Assembly: GCA_964423485.1 (NCBI GenBank)
Contig: CAYRFB010000001.1
Location: 1 to 51,385 of the forward strand
Reading direction: 5' to 3'
DNA: 51,385 nt
Source: an uncultured Bacteroides sp.
GTDB lineage: Bacteria; Bacteroidota; Bacteroidia; Bacteroidales; Muribaculaceae
Below are positions 1-9,929 of this stretch, in pieces. The translations under genes were made by a program, and so were the position numbers. How positions within the stretch are numbered: the first letter of the stretch is position 1; each line of letters begins with the position of its first letter. Under the pieces are notes generated by a model. It saw only the letters and a list, made by a program, of their open reading frames with translations, ran no database searches and was not told where the DNA came from.

Positions 1-778
1 GCGTGATAGCCTTGGCCGAGCTGTCGACCGACGTCACGCGTTCGGCCCCACCCCGCATAGCATAGACTGAGAAACCGCCTGTGTAGCAGAACATATTGAG
101 CACCTTGCGACCGCGTGAGTAATGCTCGAGCAGCGAGCGATTGTCGCGCTGGTCGACAAAGAAACCTGTCTTCTGTCCGCGCAGCCAGTCGATGCGGAAT
201 TTCAGACCGTTCTCAGTGGCGATGTCATTTTCAGCCGAGCCGATGATATATTGGTTCTGGGGGTCAAGATGAGCCTTGTATGGAAGAGTTGTCTCTGACT
301 TGTAATAGACATTGCGAATGCCTGTATCAGGGAGCGACACAAGCTGACGAGCGATGATATCACGGGCGAAGTGCATGCCTGGCGAATGAGCCTGGAGCAC
401 CGCCGTCGGGCCATAGACATCGACAACGAGGCCGGGAAGGAAATCGCCTTCGCCATGGACAAGGCGATAAGCGTCATCGTCAGGGCGAACCAGGCCGAGA
501 GCGCGACGGAGCCGCAAAGCCTCCATCAGGCGGCGGCGATAAAAATCGTCGTCAATGACTTCGTCGCCAAAGGTCAACATCCTGACCGCAATACTGCCAA
601 TCTGGAAGTGGCCTGTGCCGATGCGGCGTCCGTCAGAAGCTTCAACGTAGACAAGGTCGCCTTCATCGATATTGTCAGGCATCGCTACGAGCGCCCCTGA
701 GAACACCCAAGGATGAAAACGGTCAAGAGACTCTTCTTTGCCGCGACGAAGGCGCAGAGTGGTTATGTTATCAGTCAT
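1..778 (-). CDS. rlmI: 23S rRNA m5C1962 methyltransferase RlmI-like, class I SAM-dependent (3' end runs off the window)
   Basis: Not in the ORF track because it is truncated. Manual translation from the ATG at 778 gives MTDNITTLRLRRGKEESLDRFHPWVFSGA (PUA-type start) and later ENGLKFRIDWLRGQKTGFFVDQRDNR...KVLNMFCYTGGFSVYAMRGGAERVTSVDSS, typical RlmI motifs. Confidence 0.9.
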   Translation of the reverse strand, partial: MTDNITTLRLRRGKEESLDRFHPWVFSGALVAMPDNIDEGDLVYVEASDGRRIGTGHFQIGSIAVRMLTFGDEVIDDDFYRRRLMEALRLRRALGLVRPDDDAYRLVHGEGDFLPGLVVDVYGPTAVLQAHSPGMHFARDIIARQLVSLPDTGIRNVYYKSETTLPYKAHLDPQNQYIIGSAENDIATENGLKFRIDWLRGQKTGFFVDQRDNRSLLEHYSRGRKVLNMFCYTGGFSVYAMRGGAERVTSVDSSAKAIT

Positions 779-783
779 ATATT

Positions 784-2229
784 TTACTTAATCAACAGTC
801 GATAAATATCATTACCGTTGGCATAAATCAACAGCAGGAAGATAAACGCCATGCCAATCATATTGGCGTATTCGAGCACCTTGTCGCTGGGTTTGCGTCG
901 AGTGACGAGTTCGATAAAGAGGAAAAGGATATAGCCGCCGTCGAGGCCGGGGATAGGAATAATGTTCATAAACGCAAGGATGACAGACAGGAAGGCTGTA
1001 ATCTGCCAGAAGCTGTACCAATCCCATTTATCGGGGAAGAGACTGCCAAGAGAGCCAAAACCGCCAACACTCTGCGCACCCTCCTTGCTGAACAAAAGTT
1101 TGAGCGATGACACATAAGTGGTGAGTCGACCTGTGCCAATCTCCCACCCTCGCGGAATTGCTGTCAGCAGGTTATAGTGCACCTCTTCTATCTCAAAAAT
1201 TTCGGCCGGGGAGAGCATCTGAATGCCTATCTTGCCGCCATCGTTGATGGCAACATCAACAGTCGACTGCTTGCCGTCACGGACAATCACGAAAGGCAGA
1301 GTCTCGCCCTTATGGGCTGCAAGCACAGGCATAAACTCTGTGATGGTCGGTGTAGTATCATTACCGACTTTAAGGATGCGGTCAGCCTTGTGAAGACCAG
1401 CTTTGAGTGCAGGCTCACCGGGCATAAGGTTAGCAATTACGACGGGGATTCTTATTGACATCGGCTGGAAGTCATTGCCTTTGGCTACGATTGACGACAG
1501 AAGCTGATCGGTGATGACAATGTTGACTGTATCGCGACCGTCACGGAGGACGCCCACTGTAGCACCGGGCTGGATCATATCCCAAGCCACTTCATAATCT
1601 TTTGCATCAAGCGGACGGCCGTTGAGAGTCACCAAGCGGTCGCCGTTGCGGAAACCGGCATCCTGAAACTCGGAGCTGAAGTCCATACCTTCGGTCATCG
1701 CAGTATAGGGCACAACACGATCACCCCAGTGGATGGCGATGCCGGTATAGATAGCGATGGCGAGGATGAAGTTGAAGAGCACACCTGCCACCATCACAAG
1801 GAAGCGCTTATAGACAGCTTTTGAGCGAAATTCCCAAGGCTGTGGCTCGCTCGCGAGGTCTTTGGAGCTTTTTGTCTCATCGACCATGCCGGCTATGTCA
1901 CAGTAGCCGCCGAGCGGCAACCATCCAAGACCATAAAGCGTGTCGCGCCATGTCTGTTTGCCGTCGGGACGGGGCGGATATGCCTTTCCTACCTTGAAGG
2001 TCTTCCAGGCGCGGTCCTTGCCTTCCTTATCGGTCCAGCCGATGAGCTCGAGGGTGCCTTTGTCGGGCCGATATTTAAGAATCGAGAACCAAGGATTGAA
2101 AAAAAGATAGAAACGATTGACCTTGATGCCGAACACGCGGGCAAAGAAATAGTGGCCAAATTCGTGAATTGTCACTAAGATGAGCAGCGCAACAATCAGT
2201 TGCAGAGCTTTCATAAGGGTACTTTCCAT
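784..2229 (-). CDS. rseP: RIP metalloprotease RseP (M50, PDZ domains)
   Basis: HEFGH zinc motif, LPLGGY, NIIPIPGLDGG motif, two PDZ-like regions; sits downstream of dxr as is usual. Confidence 0.95.
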   Translation of the reverse strand: MESTLMKALQLIVALLILVTIHEFGHYFFARVFGIKVNRFYLFFNPWFSILKYRPDKGTLELIGWTDKEGKDRAWKTFKVGKAYPPRPDGKQTWRDTLYGLGWLPLGGYCDIAGMVDETKSSKDLASEPQPWEFRSKAVYKRFLVMVAGVLFNFILAIAIYTGIAIHWGDRVVPYTAMTEGMDFSSEFQDAGFRNGDRLVTLNGRPLDAKDYEVAWDMIQPGATVGVLRDGRDTVNIVITDQLLSSIVAKGNDFQPMSIRIPVVIANLMPGEPALKAGLHKADRILKVGNDTTPTITEFMPVLAAHKGETLPFVIVRDGKQSTVDVAINDGGKIGIQMLSPAEIFEIEEVHYNLLTAIPRGWEIGTGRLTTYVSSLKLLFSKEGAQSVGGFGSLGSLFPDKWDWYSFWQITAFLSVILAFMNIIPIPGLDGGYILFLFIELVTRRKPSDKVLEYANMIGMAFIFLLLIYANGNDIYRLLIK

Positions 2230-2262
2230 TAGATGAGTAATGTTATGATTGTAGACTAAATA

Positions 2263-3420
2263 TTAAATGATTGAAGTTGCATAGGCCCGGGCTTCGCGGT
2301 TGGTGGAGACGAAGTCATCGTAGTCGGGGTGCTCTATGAACGGTAGCTTATCGAGAGTGTTAACGATGGTCGCATATATGTCATTAAAGCCGATCTTGCC
2401 TTCGAGGAATGCGGCTACGGCAATCTCATTTGCAGCATTGATAATGCAGGCACTGTTGCCTCCGCGTCGCATAGCTTCATGAGCTAATGTGAGACAAGGA
2501 AATTTTGCGGTGTCGGGCTGCTCGAAGGTAAGATTTGCATAGTCAGAAATGCGCAAGGGCTTTTCGGCACCGGCGAGACGATGACCTTCGCCAAGGGCAT
2601 AAGCGATCGGCAATTTCATATCGGGAAGGCCTAACTGAGCCTTAATAGCGCCGTCGGTAAACTCTACCATAGAATGGACGATAGACTGTGGATGAACCAC
2701 CGCTTCAATCTGATCGGCGTCGAATCCAAACAACCACTTGGCTTCAATGATCTCGAAGGCTTTATTCATCATTGTCGCCGAGTCGATGGTGATCTTGGCG
2801 CCCATCGACCAGTTGGGATGCTTGAGAGCATCGGCTGCTTTTGCGGTAGCCATCTGCTCGGATGTCCACTTTCGGAAAGGACCGCCAGAAGCGGTGATTA
2901 TTAGTTTTCTGACGTTGGCGCGGTCCTCACCGTCAAGACATTGATAGATAGCCGAATGCTCTGAGTCGACGGGATAAACTCGTGACTTTGAGCGTGACAG
3001 AAGATCAGTGATATATTGCCCTGCAACGACGAGCGTCTCCTTATTGGCAAGGGCGATGTCTTTTCCGGCCTTGATAGCGGCGATTGTAGGAGCAAGACCG
3101 CTATAGCCGACAGTAGCAGTCACAACCATATCGACATCGTCGCGGCAGACGGCATCACACAGAGCCTGCTCACCGGCGGCTGTCTGAATGCCGAGCGGTT
3201 CAAGAGCCTCACGGAGAAGAGCATATTTAGTAGCGTCAGCGATCACAGCCAAAGCGGGACGATGCCTCTTAGCCAACGCAATCAAATCGTCAACCCTACG
3301 CCCGGCTGCAATAACCGTTGCGCGATAAAGCTCAGGATGAGAATCGATTATTTCAAGAGTCTGGGTGCCGATAGAGCCCGTAGCCCCTATGACGGCAATA
3401 TTCTTTGGGGTTTTCACCAT
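2263..3420 (-). CDS. dxr: 1-deoxy-D-xylulose-5-phosphate reductoisomerase
   Basis: GATGSIG NADPH motif, LANKETLV, PVDSEHSA, TASGGPFR, HPNWSMGAKITIDSATMMNK. Confidence 0.97.
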   Translation of the reverse strand: MVKTPKNIAVIGATGSIGTQTLEIIDSHPELYRATVIAAGRRVDDLIALAKRHRPALAVIADATKYALLREALEPLGIQTAAGEQALCDAVCRDDVDMVVTATVGYSGLAPTIAAIKAGKDIALANKETLVVAGQYITDLLSRSKSRVYPVDSEHSAIYQCLDGEDRANVRKLIITASGGPFRKWTSEQMATAKAADALKHPNWSMGAKITIDSATMMNKAFEIIEAKWLFGFDADQIEAVVHPQSIVHSMVEFTDGAIKAQLGLPDMKLPIAYALGEGHRLAGAEKPLRISDYANLTFEQPDTAKFPCLTLAHEAMRRGGNSACIINAANEIAVAAFLEGKIGFNDIYATIVNTLDKLPFIEHPDYDDFVSTNREARAYATSII

Positions 3421-3440
3421 AGTTTTCTAAATTTCAGCTA

Positions 3441-3471
3441 CAAAATTAACTAAAATCATTGAGCTTTCAAA
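3441..3471 (-). promoter_or_regulatory. Bacteroidetes sigmaA promoter for dxr-rseP-rlmI
   Basis: Minus strand TTTG (3471-3468), 19-nt spacer, TAATTTTG (3448-3441), ending 20 nt before the dxr start. Confidence 0.7.
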
Positions 3472-3517
3472 AAATGGTGATGTGACAAATTAATACAACA
3501 TTGCCACAGGCCCACCA

Positions 3518-4093
3518 CTATTGATAAAATTTAGGCAAAGTGGTCTCTATAGCATTGAAAGGGACGCTAACCTTGTATCTGGAGTAGCAATCCTTGCGGT
3601 ACTGTCTCATTTTCGCCTCATAGTCTCTGATTTCACGACGCTTGTCGAGACAATCCTGAAGACATCGGTCCTTAATGCCCTCATAATCGCCACCCCACTT
3701 TTTGAAATCCCTTTGGGCCTCAAGGAAGCGAGTATTCAGTTTACGGTACTCACTGTGCAAATCCATTTTTCGCTGGACCATATCGCGATATGTTCGGTTG
3801 CACTGGGCAACCAGACGGTCGCGGTCATTATTGCTTTTATTAGCGCCGATTGCGGCGTCCTCATTATCAGAGCTTGTATCAATCAGCGGGCTTGCAGTTG
3901 TGGTGTTAGAACCCAGTGATGCCTGATTAGCTGCAGCGTTAATGGACTCGGCAGCCGTGCCGATCGCTTCGGCCACCTGACCTATTTTTTCGAGGACGTT
4001 GACAAACTTACTCTTCTGATTGGAGCTGCCGGTCGAAGTCGCCGAGGTTGATGCCGCAGCCATGGCGCGTCGGGCCTCAGCCTCATCAGCCAT
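3518..4093 (-). CDS. Hypothetical helical/coiled-coil protein; probably the C-terminal half of the frameshifted LysM-SEL1 gene
   Basis: The frame stays open upstream of the ATG and reads NEQKALEWYEAAANKNDKGAKASAQALKKKMADE, which completes a SEL1 repeat begun in ORF 4102-5106. Confidence 0.55.
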   Translation of the reverse strand: MADEAEARRAMAAASTSATSTGSSNQKSKFVNVLEKIGQVAEAIGTAAESINAAANQASLGSNTTTASPLIDTSSDNEDAAIGANKSNNDRDRLVAQCNRTYRDMVQRKMDLHSEYRKLNTRFLEAQRDFKKWGGDYEGIKDRCLQDCLDKRREIRDYEAKMRQYRKDCYSRYKVSVPFNAIETTLPKFYQ

Positions 4094-4101
4094 TTTTTTC
4101 T

Positions 4102-5106
4102 TCAGTGCTTGGGCTGAGGCTTTTGCGCCCTTATCATTCTTATTTGCGGCTGCTTCATACCATTCGAGAGCTTTTTGCTCGTTATATCTACACCCCGCCC
4201 GGTTTCAAAGTCTTTGGCAAGGCTAACCATCGATTTAACATTACCTAAATCGCTACCTTTGAGGAAATAGACATGAGCCAGATCATATTGCCCCTGATCA
4301 ACGAGCGAAGCGCCCTTAGAGTATGCTTCCTGACCGTTGCCCTTGAGGTGAGAGCGCAGTTTGGTAAGATACTCGAGGGCACCATCGTAATAGACGCTCC
4401 AGCTCAAACCGGTGGGCTCCATCAAAACTATCTTTTCGTAGAGATCTACGGCTTTCACTGAATCTTTCTCAACTTTCAGGCCCAACAGGTAATGATGAGC
4501 CAAACTCCCCATGGCCTTATGCTGGTTTCCTTCTGCCGACTCTTTTAGCCAAATGGTAAGCACTTCATCAGAAGGAAATGAACCGGGATACTGCTTTCGG
4601 TCTGTAGAGTAAGCTCTGTCATAGATTTCATACTGGGCATCAGGGTGACCCTTGGAGGCTGCGGTATAGAGCACACTCAATGACTTGACTACGTCTTTCT
4701 TTGTACCGTGCTGACCGTATTGCAACACTATCGAATAATCTATAACCGCATCATAATATCCAGCATCATAAGCCTTTTTAAGAGATTCGACGGCAAGTTT
4801 CACCATCTTTTTGTTTTTTGAAAAACGAAGTTCCTTCCACTTCTCATAATCCTCATAGCCGGCGGCTGCCGGGCCGGAACTGTAGAAAGATTTGCCGGGC
4901 TCGGGGATTTCGAGCATAAGGCCGACCGTACACTCGTCGACTCGGGGATTTCGCGAACGGAGCTGCGACGCGGTGATGCCATATTTCTTAGCTATGCTCT
5001 CGAATGTATCGCCGGCAGCTATCGAGTGGGTTCTTGCTGCTGAAGAACAAAGCGAGCCGTGAATGAAGAAAAAAGCAATCAGCAAAAAGATGAATTGTCT
5101 TGCCAT
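4102..5106 (-). CDS. Secreted LysM + SEL1-repeat protein, N-terminal part (frameshift near 4172-4185)
   Basis: Signal peptide; LysM (HSIAAGDTFESIAKKYGITASQLRSRNP); SEL1 repeats (GLKVEKDSVKAVDLYEK, GNVKSMVSLAKDFETGRGVD). Confidence 0.75.
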   Translation of the reverse strand: MARQFIFLLIAFFFIHGSLCSSAARTHSIAAGDTFESIAKKYGITASQLRSRNPRVDECTVGLMLEIPEPGKSFYSSGPAAAGYEDYEKWKELRFSKNKKMVKLAVESLKKAYDAGYYDAVIDYSIVLQYGQHGTKKDVVKSLSVLYTAASKGHPDAQYEIYDRAYSTDRKQYPGSFPSDEVLTIWLKESAEGNQHKAMGSLAHHYLLGLKVEKDSVKAVDLYEKIVLMEPTGLSWSVYYDGALEYLTKLRSHLKGNGQEAYSKGASLVDQGQYDLAHVYFLKGSDLGNVKSMVSLAKDFETGRGVDITSKKLSNGMKQPQIRMIRAQKPQPKH

Positions 5107-5141
5107 TGGATTGCAAGGGTGTGAGTTATGTAATCTGATTT

Positions 5142-5864
5142 CTATTTCTTGTGACGACGGTGGGTGCGCTTGTTGACTTTCTTGTGGGCTATGGGAGCAG
5201 CGCTCTTGATCGCGGCGAGAACGATTGGCTCCATCACGTCATATCCGGCTTTGTTGGGGTGGAGACGGTCGTCAGTGTACTCAGGCTTGAGTGCTCCGGC
5301 GGGAGTTGTCAGGGCTGAGTAGTAGTCAACATAAGTTATGCCATTGGCGTCGGCGTAGTCTTTGAGCATAGTGTTAAGGTTAACGACGTGAGTGGCAGTG
5401 TTGACAATATTGGCGTTCCAAGGGATTGTATCGCAGGGCAAGCAAGAAGCAATCAGGGGGCGGATGCCGTTCTGACGGGCAATTTCGGCCATTGAGAAAA
5501 TGTTTTCGGCAATGTGCTGATCATCCATCGGACCCTGGTTGCCGGCAATGTCGTTAATACCTGCAAGGATCACGACTGCCTTGGGCTTTAAGTTGACAAC
5601 GTCAGAATAAAAACGGCAAAGCATCTGGCCGGTTACCTGGCCTGATATGCCTCGGCAAGCAAAATTATTGTCAGTGAAAAATTCATTATGGCGGTCATCC
5701 CAGCCATCGGTGATGGAGTTGCCCATAAACACTACTTCAGGTGCCTGAGTCAATTTTGCATTATCAGCTGCATAACGGGGATGATTAGCCCAATCCTGAA
5801 CCTGGGCCGATGAAAGAGTTGAAATTGCGATAAGCGCAGTGAGCGAAAGAATTATTTTTTTCAT
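5142..5864 (-). CDS. Secreted SGNH/GDSL-family hydrolase (acyl/acetyl esterase)
   Basis: Blocks GNSIT, RGISG, GIND and DRLHP; signal peptide. Confidence 0.9.
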   Translation of the reverse strand: MKKIILSLTALIAISTLSSAQVQDWANHPRYAADNAKLTQAPEVVFMGNSITDGWDDRHNEFFTDNNFACRGISGQVTGQMLCRFYSDVVNLKPKAVVILAGINDIAGNQGPMDDQHIAENIFSMAEIARQNGIRPLIASCLPCDTIPWNANIVNTATHVVNLNTMLKDYADANGITYVDYYSALTTPAGALKPEYTDDRLHPNKAGYDVMEPIVLAAIKSAAPIAHKKVNKRTHRRHKK

Positions 5865-5886
5865 AATTAGTTTAGTTTTCTGTCAG

Positions 5887-6750
5887 TTATTTTAATAAAG
5901 AGAGCCATGTGGCGAGTTCGGCTGTCCACATTGGGAAAAATACAAATCCCTTGGCAAAACCCCAGCCGTGGTCGCCATAAGGATAAACTATCAAGCTTGC
6001 CGGCACGTGATTAGCTGCGAGAGCGCTATAATAGTCGAGAGAATTTGCTACGGGCACGATCGAATCGTCGGACGAGTGAACGATAAATGCCTGAGGTGTA
6101 TCGGGAGTGACCTGTAGATGATTGTTGTAGAGATTGACCTTCTCTTCAGACGGATTTTCGCCTAACAAGCGCTCACTGCTGCCGGCGTGGGCAGTAGGAC
6201 CGCTGACCGCAATCACAGGGTAAAACAAGATCTGAAAATCAGGACGAGTGGTCGAGTCCGTGTAATGAGTCGCCGCCATCGAGGCAAGGTGGCCTCCGGC
6301 AGAAAAGCCCTGAATGCCGACACGGCTGCCGGGGAATCTGTCGCGGAGAATACGCATCGACTGATGGACGTCGCTGAGCGGCACTTCGGGATGACCGTAT
6401 GGCATGCGATATTGCAGCACGGCGACGTCAACGCCCAAGTCGTTATACCAGGGCACGAAGCTGTAGCCCTCATTCTGAACACCGATGTGACGGTAACCGC
6501 CACCCGGACACATCAGCACGACGGTGCCGACAGGTTTGTCCGCCGGAAAGACGTGCAAGACCGGTGTGTCAACAGCGTTCCACTCCACAGAGTCTGTCAC
6601 CGAGACCGGGCTAAAATTACTGTTGGGAGCGCCTTGAGGCCAGATGATCACCCTCTCTTCATTGTCGGGGACAAACTCAACAGGCATACCTGCTTTTGCA
6701 GAAAAAGCAGTCAGCGCCAAGCAAAGAGCAAAAAATGATGTAATTCTCAT
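5887..6750 (-). CDS. Secreted alpha/beta hydrolase (carbohydrate esterase-like)
   Basis: PGGGY oxyanion motif, GFSAGG nucleophile elbow, DDSIV and GDHGW triad residues; signal peptide. Confidence 0.88.
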   Translation of the reverse strand: MRITSFFALCLALTAFSAKAGMPVEFVPDNEERVIIWPQGAPNSNFSPVSVTDSVEWNAVDTPVLHVFPADKPVGTVVLMCPGGGYRHIGVQNEGYSFVPWYNDLGVDVAVLQYRMPYGHPEVPLSDVHQSMRILRDRFPGSRVGIQGFSAGGHLASMAATHYTDSTTRPDFQILFYPVIAVSGPTAHAGSSERLLGENPSEEKVNLYNNHLQVTPDTPQAFIVHSSDDSIVPVANSLDYYSALAANHVPASLIVYPYGDHGWGFAKGFVFFPMWTAELATWLSLLK

Positions 6751-6769
6751 AATGTTGACTCCTATTACT

Positions 6770-7675
6770 TTATTTTAAAATTTCTGTCACCGGGCGACCA
6801 ACCCAAGGCTGAGGTTGACTGAGTCCGAGTAGTGCTGCTATTGTAGCAGCAACATCATATTGCATCATTGCAGATTTAAACTCGCCAACGGGTTTCACGC
6901 CCTTACCAGAGATTACAAATGGGGTCTCCATCTCTGCAAGGGTGATGCCTCCGTGACCTTTACCGACGCCGCCGTGGTCAGAGGTGACAATTATGACTGT
7001 ATTGTCATAGATCCCGGCCTCTTTTACTGCCTCAATTATTTGACCTAATTTCGCATCCAGGTCACTAAGCATCGCATAATACTCAGGGGTATCATGTCCT
7101 GCTTGATGACCGACAGCATCAGGATTGTCATAGCAAACGACGGCGAGAGTCGGTTTGGACTGGCGGATATAATCAGCAAAGGCTTTTGTTATCGGCTCCG
7201 AACTGCCATCATCGGCGGGAGCAACTTGGCTATGATAACTTACGGCCATAGTATCAATCAGATGTTTGATGCCGTCCCATTCGTATAGCACACCTATTTC
7301 AGCTTTAGGCTTCTGTTGACGCGTAATCGTGAAAATAGTAGGGAAGATGCCGTTTTCAGAAAGAGCAATGGAGGGAATTTCAGGGGTCTTGCTACCCCAC
7401 TGCGTATAGCCGTGACCTTCTGTGCCGACCCCCATAAACATTGAAGCCCAATTAATAGCACTGCTCGAGGGAAGGACACTGCGTTTCTTGAGCGTCCACG
7501 CACCTCGATCCATAAGGCCATGAAGATTAGGCATATCAGCCTTTGGAACAGAATATGCCCCCCACCCGTCAAAACCAATCACAATAATGTGGTCGGGTCT
7601 CTTGGCAGCATAAACATCAACCGAAGCAGCAATGGCCAATAACAAGGCCATTGCTGATAATATTAGCTTTTTCAT
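6770..7675 (-). CDS. Alkaline phosphatase superfamily enzyme (nucleotide pyrophosphatase/phosphodiesterase type)
   Basis: IGFDGWG, PSSSAINW nucleophile region, DAVGH and TSDHGG metal ligands; signal peptide. Confidence 0.85.
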   Translation of the reverse strand: MKKLILSAMALLLAIAASVDVYAAKRPDHIIVIGFDGWGAYSVPKADMPNLHGLMDRGAWTLKKRSVLPSSSAINWASMFMGVGTEGHGYTQWGSKTPEIPSIALSENGIFPTIFTITRQQKPKAEIGVLYEWDGIKHLIDTMAVSYHSQVAPADDGSSEPITKAFADYIRQSKPTLAVVCYDNPDAVGHQAGHDTPEYYAMLSDLDAKLGQIIEAVKEAGIYDNTVIIVTSDHGGVGKGHGGITLAEMETPFVISGKGVKPVGEFKSAMMQYDVAATIAALLGLSQPQPWVGRPVTEILK

Positions 7676-9909
7676 TTCACCTCAAATGAAACTTTTGAGC
7701 GGATATCGCCTGCCGAAGCTCCGACAAGGGCTTCGAACTTGCCGGGCTCTACCACCCACTGATGAGCCTTGTCATCGAAATAGCTCAAGGCATCGCGCGA
7801 TATTTCAAAGGTAACGTTTTCGGTCTGACCCGGGGCAAGTCTCACTTTAGAGAAGCCTTTGAGTTCCTTGACAGGACGGGGAAGCGAAGACTTAAGGTCA
7901 GAAACATAAAGCTGAACGATCTCACTGCCCTCGCGGTCGCCGGTGTTGGTCACCGGAATAGTTACGGTGAACACGTCATCGGCCGAGCCTTTTTTACGGT
8001 CTATAGATGCATCGCCATATTTAAATGTCGTGTATGACAGACCGTGACCGAACGGGAAGGTAGGTGTAATCTTATTTTTGTCAGTGAAACGATAGCCTAC
8101 AAATATATCATCATTGTAATGCATATCAATAATATCGCCTTCGACAGGGTCGTGACGGGGTGTGCCGGGGTACTCGCCGAGCTTATGTGCTCCACACTGG
8201 TCGAGCGAAGCGTAATAAGTGTAGGGCAACTTGCCACTGGGATTGACATCGCCGGCAAGGATGCGAGCGAGGGTGTTACCGGTTTCGTTGCCAAGATACC
8301 AGGCCTGGACTACAGCCTTTACCTTATCGAGCCAAGGCATAGCTACACCCGTGCCACTGATGTTGACTACGACAGTGTTGGGGTTAACTTCAGCGATAGC
8401 CTCGATGAGTTCGTTTTGGTGGTAAGGCAGGTCGAGCGATTGGCGGTCAGTGCCTTCTGAATCCTGAAAATACATTTTGTTCAGACCTCCAATGAAGAGC
8501 ACCAAGTCTGCATCTTTGGCAGCCTGAAGCGCATCGGCCTTGAGCTGCTCAGGAGTGCGAGGGTCGCGGAGATCTTGCTTTGTCCATACATTATTATAAT
8601 GAGTGACAGTGTCACCAACATATCCGCGCTCATAGATGACTTCGACATCGTTGCCAAAACGATTGCGAAGGCCTTCGAGGGGATGAATTTCATACTGAGC
8701 TTTCAGTGATGACGAGCCTCCGCCGACAATCATCCGCTTGATGCCATTCTCACCGATCACAGCGATACGCTTAACTTTATCGGTAGCGATAGGAAGTATA
8801 TTGTCTGTGTTTTTCAACAACACGACGCCTTCTTCGCCTATCTGTCGGCAAGCTGCGCGATGCTCGGGCGAGTTGATCGAGCCCCAAGGTCGATTACGGT
8901 TCATAGCAGTGCGCATATTCAATCGCAAAACCCTGCGCACCTTGTCGTTGAGCTGGTCTTCGCTGTATGTGCCATCAAGGATGCCATCATAGTATTTGTT
9001 GGCCAACCAATATTTATCATATGAGTTGCCCGAACCACTGAGGCCGTCGGTACCCGTGCCAAACTCCATGTCGAGACCGCCTTCGACGGCCTGCTTTGTG
9101 TCATGGACCGCACCCCAGTCAGAGATCACCACGCCGTCCCAGTCCCACTCGCCTTTAAGGATTTCGTTGACGAGACGCTGGTTATAAGTTGCGTGCTGAC
9201 CGTTGACAAGGTTGTAGCCTCCCATAAGGCTCCACGCCCCGGCATCAACGCATGCAGCCTTAAATGCCGGCAGATAGATCTCATAAAGCGCGCGGTCGCC
9301 GGCAATAGAGTTGGTCGTGTAGCGGTTTGACTCGTGATTGTTGAGAGCAAAATGCTTGACGCAGACTGCAACGCCGTTAGACTGCACACCGCGGACATAG
9401 TCTGCGGCCATCTGAGCAGCGAGATATGGGTCTTCGCCCATATACTCAAAGTTTCGGCCGTTGAGAGGGGTGCGATAGATATTAACACCAGGCCCAAGCA
9501 AAACGCTTTTGTTGCGGTAACGAGCTTCCTCGCCAATGCTTTTGCCATAAAGAGCGGCCATTTCAGGATTCCAGGTTGCGGCGAGGCAGGTCAGAGAAGG
9601 GAAAGCCGTGCAAGAGTCGTTGGTCCACCCGGCTTGGTCCCACTGGTCCCATAACACTTCGGGTCGGACTCCCATCGGGCCGTCGTCAGTCCAAAGATCA
9701 GGGATGCCAAGCGATGGGACACCGGCGGCGCTGAATTTTGACTGGGCATGAAGCACAGCGATCTTTTCTTTTAATGACATTCGTGAGAGCGCGTCCTCGA
9801 CTCGCTCATCAATCGGGCGCGACTCATCGAGATAGGCCGGAGTCTCAGCCTTAGCTGTTACCGCGATGCAGACAGCAAACGCGGTTAGAGCAACAGATTT
9901 TAAATTCAT
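7672..9909 (-). CDS. GH3 beta-glucosidase-type glycosidase with C-terminal FN3-like domain
   Basis: GRNFEYMGEDP, KHFALN, VVISDWGA nucleophile, FPFGHGLSYTTF, RPVKELKGF. Start moved to the ATG at 9909 (MNLKSVALTAF signal peptide) to avoid overlap with GH97. Confidence 0.92.
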   Translation of the reverse strand: MNLKSVALTAFAVCIAVTAKAETPAYLDESRPIDERVEDALSRMSLKEKIAVLHAQSKFSAAGVPSLGIPDLWTDDGPMGVRPEVLWDQWDQAGWTNDSCTAFPSLTCLAATWNPEMAALYGKSIGEEARYRNKSVLLGPGVNIYRTPLNGRNFEYMGEDPYLAAQMAADYVRGVQSNGVAVCVKHFALNNHESNRYTTNSIAGDRALYEIYLPAFKAACVDAGAWSLMGGYNLVNGQHATYNQRLVNEILKGEWDWDGVVISDWGAVHDTKQAVEGGLDMEFGTGTDGLSGSGNSYDKYWLANKYYDGILDGTYSEDQLNDKVRRVLRLNMRTAMNRNRPWGSINSPEHRAACRQIGEEGVVLLKNTDNILPIATDKVKRIAVIGENGIKRMIVGGGSSSLKAQYEIHPLEGLRNRFGNDVEVIYERGYVGDTVTHYNNVWTKQDLRDPRTPEQLKADALQAAKDADLVLFIGGLNKMYFQDSEGTDRQSLDLPYHQNELIEAIAEVNPNTVVVNISGTGVAMPWLDKVKAVVQAWYLGNETGNTLARILAGDVNPSGKLPYTYYASLDQCGAHKLGEYPGTPRHDPVEGDIIDMHYNDDIFVGYRFTDKNKITPTFPFGHGLSYTTFKYGDASIDRKKGSADDVFTVTIPVTNTGDREGSEIVQLYVSDLKSSLPRPVKELKGFSKVRLAPGQTENVTFEISRDALSYFDDKAHQWVVEPGKFEALVGASAGDIRSKVSFEVK

Positions 9910-9929
9910 TTTTAGATAGGATTTATAGA

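Noticed and set aside
202-700. Short ORFs 202-477 and 371-700
   Set aside because: They overlap the truncated rlmI reading frame, which explains the region.
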